From NCBI GenBank assembly GCA_030770535.1, contig JASVEC010000024.1, positions 1-64,000 on the forward strand: 64,000 nt of DNA. Reading direction: 5' to 3'. Positions 51,711-64,000 of the stretch are shown one piece after another (position 1 is the stretch's first letter; each line of letters starts with the position of its first letter). Source of the DNA: Batkoa obscura. Its lineage: Eukaryota. The translations under genes were made by a program, and so were the position numbers. Under the pieces are notes generated by a model, which was not told the DNA's origin, searched no databases, and saw only the letters and a program-made list of their open reading frames with translations.

Positions 51711-53445
51711 ATGTCAGAGATAGAGACAAAAGCTAGAAAACAAGAGCATACTTCGAATGCCAATATAGATGAATTTGGTTTAGAAAGAAATGAGGAAGCT
51801 ACAGAGCAAGAAACTCATGAGAACAATATAATTTCGTCTAAATGGAAACTAATTACCATTTGCTTTGGGTAGGTTCAACTTAGCAATTTCTATTTCAATT
51901 AATTTTATCTTTAGTTTGATGTTATCTATTTTCATCGCTGCTATTGATGAAAACATTGTAGCTACTGCTCTTGGTGGTATTGTAAAGGATTTTAAAGCAT
52001 CTGGTGACTTGACATGGATAGCAGCCTCTTACTTATTAACTATGACTGCCTTCCAACCCCTATATGGCAAATTTAGTGACATTTTTGGTCGCAAGCAAGC
52101 TATGTTATTTGCCTTGTTTATATTTTTAATTGGTAGTATAGGTTGTGGTGCCGCACCCAATATTATAGCATTAGTAGTGTTTCGTGCTATTGCTGGTGTA
52201 GGTGCTGGAGGCTTGATTGCTTTGCCCTTTATAATAATGTCTGATGTTGTCCCATTACAGCAAAGAAGTGCTTATATGGGTTTGATCCAAGCCACTTTTG
52301 CTATTTCTTCGGTAATTGGGCCCATTATTGGTGGTTTGTTCGTAGATTATGTCACTTGGCGATGGGTGTTTTATATCAATGTTCCGATCTCGGTAATTGC
52401 AATGGTAGTTGTACTATTCTTAATCCCAGTATCAAAAGCGGTTTCCAATGCAACATTAAAACAAAAGATGAAGAGAGTGGATACTTGGGGTACCCTTACT
52501 TTAGTTACTGGCTCTATCTGTATTATTTTAGCCACCAATTGGGGTGGCAAAGAATATTCTTGGGGCTCAGGGGCAGTCATTGGCAGTTTTGTAGCAGGTA
52601 TTGTTGTGATGGCCATCTTTATTTTCATCGAATTAAAGGTTGCACAAGAGCCAGTGATACCCTCCCATATATTTACACGTAATGTAATAGCTGGTTCAAT
52701 CACTACAATAGCCTTTGGATTCACTATGTTTACAGCTTTGAATTATATACCATTGTATCATCAAACTATCCATGGACGTAGTGCAACAGAAGCAGGTGTA
52801 CAAACCATTCCTTTTATGTTTGGTTTATCTTTTTTTGCTGGGACTTCAGGTTTAATAACAAATAAAACTGGGACTTACCGCCCAATTATGTGGTTAGGTA
52901 TGACTATGATCGTATTAGGCAACTCCTTATATGGTGGATTAATTCGATCTGGAATTACTTTAGCTGAAGAAATTATTTATGCTTTATTGCTTGGTTCTGG
53001 TATTGGTTTAAATATTCAATTAGCTTTAGTAGCTTCTCAAGCTTCTGTTCCAGATAAAGGTAATAGGCAACGAATTAACTAATTTATAAATATTCATTCT
53101 TTTTTAGATGCTGCTGTTACCACCGCCTTTATCAGATATGCACTTTCCATTGGGGGTGTCTTAGGGTTAGCAGTTCATGGTGCTGTATTTAATAATGTGT
53201 TAGCACAACAGCTTGATGAAATATTACCAGGAATCGATTCTAAAAAAATAATGGAATCTTTAGAATCCTTATACCAATTACCATCTGATCAACTCTCTTT
53301 AGCTCTCAAAGCATATGAGTATTCTTATAAAATGTTGTTTGTTTCTATGATACCTATTTCAGTTATTGGCTTAATTTCATGCCTTTGTATCCAACATATT
53401 CCACTTGATCGTAATGGTAGTGACCAGAAAGCGGCAGCACATTAA
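51711..53445 (+). CDS. MFS drug:H+ antiporter, DHA2/14-TMS type (3 exons), paralogue of the previous gene
   Basis: Same WIAASYLLTMTAFQPLYGKFSDIFGRK block and WRWVFYINVP. Exon 1 starts MSEIETK at 51711. Confidence 0.93.
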
Positions 53446-53652
53446 GATTGTGCTTTAAAAAGTTAGAATTTAGTTAATTTTATCTGCTTTTTTTGTGGTG
53501 TGTTTTTACCTTTTAATAAATAATAGTTAACAGTTTACTTTAAAAACATATAGGTGTTATGATTATATATTATTCAAATGGTTTTAAGTTATTTATATAT
53601 CACATTTTAACAAGGTAATATTCTAAATCTTCATTTATTTAACTTTATGCAT

Positions 53653-55767
<2,115 letters not shown>

Positions 55768-56664
55768 GTTGAACCAACTTTGATTTAAAATGTAAAGTTC
55801 CTTTTATTTTTCTCAGGATCATTTGATTCTTGGCTTTCTTAATATGGGTTCAATTTTAATTAGCATAAAATTAAGGGATAGATAAATTGAAATAATTGAA
55901 AGTATAAGTAATAAATATTTCTTAGCTCAAGATAAGTACTTTTTTATGTTGTTTTTTAATGTTATTTTATAACACTTTTAAATATTCTTTAACATTTTAA
56001 TTTAAAAATATAGTTTTACTTTTATGAACTTTAGATCATATATAAAGAATAAAAAATGGCCAAAAATACTTCACTTGATATTAAAAAACAATGTTAAATA
56101 TAAACTAATTAATTAAAGTATAACTATATTAAAAAGATAATTTTAATATAAAAATTATCAAAAGGATAAAATAATATTGAAATACTTTTAAAATATCTCC
56201 TTGATTTATTAATCTTGGCATAAATTAAAATGATTAAAAATAATACAAAACTTAATTGTATTCTATTAAAATAGAGTATAAAATGAGTTTCTTTAGAAAA
56301 AAGAATGTACAGTATTACTAAGCTATAGAAACCTATCATCATCGTGGCTATAGCCAATTTTTAAAGAGTTAACAGCTTGTTTGGGTGTAGATTCTAATTG
56401 AAAATTTCAATTTGTCTAAATAAAGAAGTATTACTATTTTATCGAAAATTAAACTCACATTAAAAAAAACTAAAATTTTGGAGAAAAAGATGTCAATTTT
56501 AATCTCTCCAATATTCACTTTGAACTGGTATGATTTAATAATCATACGGTATCATTAAAAGACGACATAATAAAGAATATATAAGTAAGAGAAAGAAATA
56601 CTTGCTATTCATCAAAACAATTTCAATTCTTTTAACTCCTTTAATTACAAAAATAATTTAAAAA

Positions 56665-57219
56665 ATGAAAAGTACTTTAAATTTATTATCCCTTTTGTAT
56701 TTCGCTATTGTCGTCCAAGCTCAAAATCCAATCACATTTACAGGCTCCCCGCTTGCCACCAGTTCTATCAGCAGTCAAGGAACAGTGCTTTATAGCACAC
56801 CAGGTACTGGCCAAACTTCTGGGGCCCAATTTCTGTATCAAAAAAACATTAGCGATTCAAAGCAAGTTGGTTTGGCTGAGGTACATCTTGTTAGCAACAA
56901 TGGGATTGATGTCGTGCTACAAACGGGATTTGATACTATTACCCAAGAATGTAGCTGCTATTACATCGACGCTAAAGATTTAATTCAAAAAATCCCAAAT
57001 CTGAGGAGTGCTAATGATTACAGGATCAGCTTTATTGGTACTAATTATAGGATAGATTCAGGCTATTTTGCAATCAGTATCCAAGGATCGGTATCAGATG
57101 GTGCTCAAGGTTTTGCACCAAGCGGCGGGGCTTTTAATTCGAATTCATATAATATGTTAGTGCAGGATAATGAATGTGAAGAGGAAAATGGTTATAATAC
57201 TCAAGCTTATAATTATTAA
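56665..57219 (+). CDS. Secreted protein of unknown function
   Basis: Intronless 184-aa ORF with signal peptide MKSTLNLLSLLYFAIVVQA; beta-rich; higher GC than flanks; upstream TATA. Confidence 0.75.
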   Translation: MKSTLNLLSLLYFAIVVQAQNPITFTGSPLATSSISSQGTVLYSTPGTGQTSGAQFLYQKNISDSKQVGLAEVHLVSNNGIDVVLQTGFDTITQECSCYYIDAKDLIQKIPNLRSANDYRISFIGTNYRIDSGYFAISIQGSVSDGAQGFAPSGGAFNSNSYNMLVQDNECEEENGYNTQAYNY

Positions 57220-57515
57220 TGCTTTTTTTAATATTTAGTCTTTCTTAATTGAATAAAATATCACTTTTTTATATTTTATATATTTTTACAATGGCATCTA
57301 ATATCTTTTCATAAATATAGTTAGGTTCTTATACGACGTTATTTTGGTTAATATGGGATTTTTAATCATTATTACACAATTAAAATATCAAAGTTATATC
57401 TTATTTCATAAGCGAATTATTTGTATAAACTATCTAGTTTTAGATTGTTGTTAATTCAACTTCAAATTAGGTAAAATTTTATCTGTGGTTTTACCCAGGT
57501 TTTTAAACTTATTTA

Positions 57516-57621
57516 TATGGGGATGTATTTTTATGTTTAAGAATTTTACTAACAAATTTTCCACTTAAATAGCGCTTAAAAAATGGAAAAAATAATGAAG
57601 TCAAAAAAAACACTCCCATAT
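57516..57621 (+). mobile_element. ~105-bp MITE family copy
   Basis: atatggggatgtattttt...ccacttaaatagcgcttaaaa...cactcccatat. Confidence 0.93.
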
Positions 57622-59301
57622 ATTAAACAATAAAAGATGAAGATCAAAGGATTGTTAAAAAAAATTGATATAACCCTATGCTTCTCACATTATAATAACG
57701 AGAGACTTGCATTTATCTTTTTGTGGGGATTTAAATTGAAAACAATTATAACGTCATGCTTTACAGCTATATTATTTATCGAAACTGGCTAGAGAAGTAG
57801 AAAAACTAATATAAAAAATGCGATTTATGAAATCTTAATACAGTCTGGCTATATATTATTTGTGATAATGGGTGAAACTAATCAAATAATTAATACCATT
57901 ATTATTGTGACCAAGAGTAAATAAAATAGGAATATTACTATCAAAACTCAAACTAGATTTATATAAAAATTAATGTTGTTGAGGTACTCTTTATAATGAG
58001 TAAATATAAAAGAGTAAAGCATTTAAAGTATTTAATCATACAAATTTTGTTTAATTTTCGGTTAAGAATATTTTTTAACTAAATTTTTATATTATATTTA
58101 ATCTTAATCATAGCCACAATAGTATAATAGATACAACTTGTAGAATAAATCATTTAATAAAATATTGAAAGTATATATATGATATACCATGCGGTTGTTA
58201 AGTTTTCAAAAGTCCTTTACTTTTTTTCAATGAGTAAAGTAGGAAAAGCTATTATTAGCAATAATAGATTATTTTTTTGGCTAAAAAATGGAGTTATTTT
58301 GAAATGAAAATATCATACTAGTGGAATGCTATATGCTCTTAACATCTTAAATTTGCCCGAAAAAGTAAGAAGCCCTTTGAAAAAACATAGGTGTTACAAA
58401 ACGATAGAAAGTATAAATAGCTAATATAGGTATTTAAAATGTTTGTATATTAAAGCACGAATATTTTACATATATTGTGACAACTTTTCCCCTAACCGAC
58501 TATTCCGATTAATATTTTTATGTATTTATGACCTTTTAAACAATTTTTTCAAACCAACTTATGGTCTCATCGGAAGATTTTTCCCGCTGGCACTCTATTG
58601 ATGAAATTATAACTTTATTGTTTTATTGTTTTATTGTTTTGTTATTAGAGTTCTAATAAAATCGTCTTTTTTCACTTATAGAATTATTAATCCATAAAAG
58701 ACTATAAGCCCTTTTCTTACTCTTGAATTAATATTATATACTGAAGTACGCTGTTTTTTTATAAATATGGATAAACTTTTATACATTGTTATGCTATTTC
58801 AATTTATTTTATTCTTAATTTACAAAACTTTTAAGCCCATGACCACTTTAAACTTAACAATAGTTATTTGCGTGAATTACTTCCATTTGACTGCAAATGA
58901 TATTTATCATTGTGTGTATTATGACGTATTAGTTTGAAATTTAGTGAATGAAAGGCAGCTTTGACACATTTTAAGTAATTTCAATTTTATGCTTATATAA
59001 ACTTGCTCCAATTCGAACCTTTCGATTATCTACTTTTTCATTAGCTTTAAAGCTTGTAAACTATCAACTACTTCAATTAGTTAAAAGGTTAAAGCTCTTT
59101 TTACTTACTATTGATGATAAACTTCATAAGAATATAATCTACTTACTTTTTATCTATAAATTTGATTTTAAAGCAACACTTTTATCCTTATTAAATTTCA
59201 ATCTTATTAAAATATATTCTTATTTGAGCTATCTTAATAATTCTAATTCAAAGAGACTTAAATTTATTTTAAAGGTATATAATAAAGAAGATAAATACGC
59301 C

Positions 59302-60745
59302 ATGTTCCCAGAACCTAGTCAAAAAGCAAAACTATTATTAGATGCATTAAAGGATTTTGTTGAGGTAATCTATTTTTAAATTGAAAATAATAAAAATGAA
59401 ACAATGTTTAGAATGACTGTATCCCAGCTGAACCTATTTTTCACTCTCAAATTAAACATGGCGAAGATCGTTGGAAGGTAAGACTTTAAATTTGTGCAAT
59501 TATCAGCTACTAACTAAACTAGTCCTACCCAGCAATTATGGAAGATTTAAAAAAGAAAGCCAAGAACCTTGGATTATGGAATTTATTTTTATCAAAAGAA
59601 TATCCAGAAGGAGCAGATTTGACAAACTTAGAATACGCAGTGATGTCAGAAATTATGGGGAGATCGATTCGTTTAGCTCCAGAAGCATGTAACTGTTCTG
59701 CTCCAGATACTGGAAATATGGAAGTATTTTCAAAGTATGGTAATGACGCTCAGAAAAAGCAATGGCTTCAACCATTGTTAGATGGTAAAATTCGTTCTGC
59801 TTTTGCCATGACTGAGCCTGCTGTGGCTTCTTCTGATGCTACTAACGTTGAAACTGTGATTAAACGTGATGGCAATGATTATGTCATTAATGGTCGTAAA
59901 TGGTATATCACTGGCGCTGGTGATCCACGCTGCAAAGTTTTATTAGTGCTAGGTAAAACTGACCCAAACAACAAACATAAACATAAACAACAAAGCGTTA
60001 TAATTGTTCCAAGAGATACTCCAGGAGTCGAAGTAGTAAGACCTTTAGGAGTATTTGGTTATGACGATGCCCCTTGTGGCCATGTAGAAATCGACTTTAA
60101 AGATGTGAGAGTTCCAGCTTCAAATCTTATTCTTGGAGAAGGTAGAGGATTTGAGGTTATTCAAGGTCGTTTGGGTCCTGGTCGTATTCATCACTGTATG
60201 CGTGCTTTAGGAGCAGCTGAAAGAAGTTTAGAGCTTATGCTTTTACGTTCAACTACTCGTTCTACTTTTGGTAAAAAACTAGCTGACCATGGTCTTATCC
60301 AAACTGAAATTGCTGAGTGTAGAACTGAGCTTGAAAAATGCAGATTACTTGTTCTAAATGCTGCACATAAGATTGACCAAGTTGGAGCTAAGAAGGCTTG
60401 GAGAGAAATTGCTATTGCTAAAATAGCTGTCCCAAACTCATGCCTTCAAATTATGGACAAAGCAATCCAAGTCTTTGGTGCTGCTGGTGTTTCACAAGAT
60501 ACCCCGTTAGCTGAGCTTTATGCAAGTATTCGTACTTTAAGAATCGCTGACGGTAATTTCGTTTTTGTTTTTGGTTTTGATTTTAGTTTTTAATATTTTT
60601 GTTTTTTCTAGGCCCAGACGCAGTCCATCAAATGCAAATTGCCCGTAGTGAATTAAAATTAGTGCCTTCAATTAAGGCCAAATATGATAAATATTCAAGT
60701 CGTACCAAAGAATTAATTAAAGTTTATGGGGAATCTAAACTTTAG
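59302..60745 (+). CDS. Peroxisomal acyl-CoA dehydrogenase, ACAD10/11-type catalytic domain (4 exons; start codon uncertain)
   Basis: [59 protein letters not shown]. The last exon (60612-60745) ends GESKL* (PTS1). Confidence 0.93.
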
Positions 60746-61308
60746 ATTAAATAAATTGGATTTTTACTTTTAACTTAAACTTTTTTTATTATGACAGTTT
60801 TTAACTATGAGTGTTCAATCCTATAGGATATGTTTTTTAACGAGATTTAGATACTTATAAGCTTTATTAGTTATTTTAATTCAAATATTAATTATAATCA
60901 TGTATAGTTATAAGAAGACTTAAAGTGCTCAAACAGTTTTCAATATTATAATGGTAAGGCAATAATTATTTAGCTTACTAAAGGTTGATAATCGAATTTA
61001 TTTACAATCCGCACTTTAAAACACAATCTTCCATAAGGATAATGCGTGATTATTATTGTACACAATATGAAAATTAAAAAATCAACATTAAAACAACCAT
61101 TGCTCTAAATTTATATTAAACAGTTACATTATCATTAGTATTTCATCTATCTTAAACTATTTGTTTCAAAACTCCTATCATTCCTATTTTATTAGATTTA
61201 GCACTAATAATCGTTGTGCAAAGTTGAGATGCAAAATTAATTGCAAATTTTTGAAAGACCTCAAGAATAAAAATATTAGAAAATTTATTAAAGGTGCTTT
61301 TCTTAATC

Positions 61309-62511
61309 ATGTCTGAAAAGATGAAATTTACTGGTGGTGAAATCAAGAACAAGATAGCTCGCAGAGAGCTTTTATCCCAATTTCGTCAAGAATCTAATAA
61401 AAAAAAGAGAGAGCTTAAAAGAATACGCCGTAAAGAAGAATTAGCCAATCCAGAACTCAAAGAAGTAATTTAGAAAATTTTGTTTGAATTATGTTAAATA
61501 TTATTTAGAAAAGACTTGCTGAAAATGTCCCACAAACTTTAGAATCAAAAAGAGAATATGATGAGACTATGGTTGAGGAAGATGATGAAGATGTATGAGC
61601 TATATTTTTAAATAGTATATATAAATTGTAACATTCAATTAGATCGCACAAGAAGAGGAGATTGATGAATTTGCAAACTATTTTAGTAAAAATTTGGAGC
61701 CAAAAGTTCTTATTACAACTAGTAAAAGCCCATCAAGGGTAAGTTTTATTTTTGAATCAAGCTTTATCTAACAAAAATAGACGATGTATACTTTTACAGA
61801 TGAGTTATGCGATGTATTCCCGAATTCTACTTTCGTTAAAAGAGGAATTCAGTTTGAAATTAATCATATAGTAGAGTTCTCAAAGAAAAGAGACTACACT
61901 GATGTTATTATTGTTAATGAAGATAAAAAAATGCCAACTTCATTGACTTTGATTCATCTCCCAGATGGTCCTACTGCTCACTTTAGACTATCTAGCGTTA
62001 TAATGAGCAAACAAATTCACGTAAGGATATATTTAATTTCTTAAGTATCTAAATTGATTTTTTAGAACCATGGACGTTCGACTTCACACAATCCAGAACT
62101 TATCCTTAATAATTTTAATACACGTTTAGGGCATACTATAGGGCGTATGTTTCAATCTCTTTTTCCACAAGTTCCGGAATTTGAAGGAAGGCAAACTGCA
62201 ACATTCCACAATCAAAGAGATTTTATTTTTTTCAGACGACATCGGTAACACTATTATTCTTATATGGATTTTGAATATTCTTACTAATATGTTTCAGTTA
62301 TGAATTTAAAAGCGGTGAAAAGGTTAATCTCCAAGAAATTGGCCCCAGGTTTACTTTAAAATTGAAATGGCTCCAAAGAGGACTTTTTGATTCTGAAAAG
62401 GGAGAGTTTATTTGGAAATTCAATGTATTTATACCTTTATTTTTATCATATATTTTACTAATATTAATATAGGCTGATATGGAGACTAGTCGCAAGCGTT
62501 TCTTCTTATAA
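61309..62511 (+). CDS. RPF1: Brix-domain ribosome biogenesis factor Rpf1 (~7 exons)
   Basis: [88 protein letters not shown]. Confidence 0.95.
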
Positions 62512-62995
62512 TAATAGAGTGATGTCATTAATCTGTTTAAGATATTGAAGCGATGTAACTTTAATAGCTAACTATATAATATAAACATAGAACATTTAAA
62601 ATTTTGATAATTAAAGTTGATATAAATACATTTTATTTTATTTTATTACTTAAAATTAGTTTAAAGGCTAAAGGATTTTCATTATTTTAATGTATTACTG
62701 ATTTTTCATATTGTTATAAATCCCATAATATATGTTTCATGTCTTTTTTATGTTGGATATAGAATTAAATAAAGCCAAATTATCACCTTGTAACTGAAAC
62801 TTTTATAAGGTTAAAGATTACTATTAAAATCTCAAAAAAATTTGCTAAATCTAACATTTACCAAATTTGAGAAACTGTCCAATTAAAGTTAAAATTTCTT
62901 TTATTAATATATTAGTTAGGTAGAATTAATTGTTCTTAACATGTAATATATAAAAAAGTGATTAATTAATTGTAAAATATTTTTTCAACTCAAAG

Positions 62996-63976
62996 ATGTC
63001 ACTGTTATATATATTAAAAGATGTTTGGAATAATCTAATGGAAAGGACAAAGGTAAGAAGAGTGGTTCTTTCCTTATTCGTTGCTATTATATGGTGTGCT
63101 GTTACTTTACCTGTAGCTCTTAATATGCTATACTCAATAAACGAAGATAAAACAGAAATGATAAATGAATATGACTTTAGTGATCCAGCAGCCAAAGTAT
63201 TAATTATGAATTTTTATTTTCAATCAATAGATACATCAAAAAAGACTGGAGCTATATACATAAACGTATTGCCATCACCTGGATTGTTGGATAATAGGTA
63301 CCGTTTAACTGAAACTGTGACGTGTGATTTCTTTTATAAAACTTTAGTCATGGAAAAAGGTAAAACTTCAACTGCTTTCTCGTTATTAATCCCCTTGGAT
63401 GAATCTTCTACGAAAATGTATCCATTAGAGAAATTAAAGGCATACTTGCCTGTTTACTGCAGCACTAAAGAAGGAGAGACGTATGACCTTATGTTGAGTT
63501 CTGAGAAAGTGTTACAAACTTATGAAAGAACTACCTATCAAAAATTTTATAAAGATTTGGATGAAAATGAGAAGTTGTCTATATTGTATTCTGTACCCCA
63601 TGAAGATGCAACTGTAATATTTTTTGAGTTTGTTCAACCTGACCGTACTAAATTATATTCATTTATCATATCTTTATCTATGTGGGGTATAACACTAGGA
63701 TTGTTTAATATTACCTTGAATCTATTGGTAGATAAAAGAGATCCTATTAGCTGTATAGCATTTGGCGCTACTATTTTATTCGCGTTACCTGCTTTAAGAG
63801 CAACTCAACCTAGTGTCCCTGGAATGGGTTGTTTATCAGATATTGTAGCTTTTCTGTGGTAATGTTTTTTTAATTTTTTTAATTTTTTTAAATTCATATT
63901 CTAACTTAATTTTAGGTGCATTTCACTTTCAGCTCTTTTTACCGTTATTAATATTTATGTATATGCTTTCAGATAA
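62996..63976 (+). CDS. DUF4436-like membrane protein (intron ~63859-63915)
   Basis: N-terminal TM, beta-rich domain with YPLE, then three TMs with LFALPALRATQPSVPGMG..D...FW. Final exon CISLSALFTVINIYVYAFR*. Confidence 0.7.
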
Positions 63977-64000
63977 AATTTAATTGAGAAATATTAATTT

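Overview
Very AT-rich, gene-dense eukaryotic (fungal) nuclear DNA with short (~45-60 nt) GT-AG introns. Gene content, Asn-rich proteins and an F-box/LRR remnant suggest an early-diverging fungus, possibly Conidiobolus-like (inference, not checked). About 26 protein-coding genes can be reconstructed: KAE1, RPL7, a TBC Rab-GAP, PET117, INO1, five C2-domain paralogues, CBP80, a DTWD1-like protein, an RNase II/RNB protein, MET1-like, CZIB/DUF866, Hikeshi/OPI10, a PH protein, a fasciclin, a CsbD-like protein, a Zn2Cys6-PAS factor, TMA17/ADC17, GET4, two MFS pumps, alanine aminotransferase, a secreted protein, a peroxisomal acyl-CoA dehydrogenase, RPF1 and a DUF4436-like membrane protein. There is also one pseudogene. 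Non-coding features include about 13 copies of a ~105-bp MITE, a putative solo LTR and a decayed long-TIR element between KAE1 and RPL7. The most striking unexplained signal is the unusually long first intron of RPL7, which folds by eye into a ~230-nt multi-junction RNA that hides a cryptic splice site. Next is a local family of C2 proteins, arranged partly as head-to-head pairs, with YPP/PY tails. All calls are from manual reading; no searches were run.
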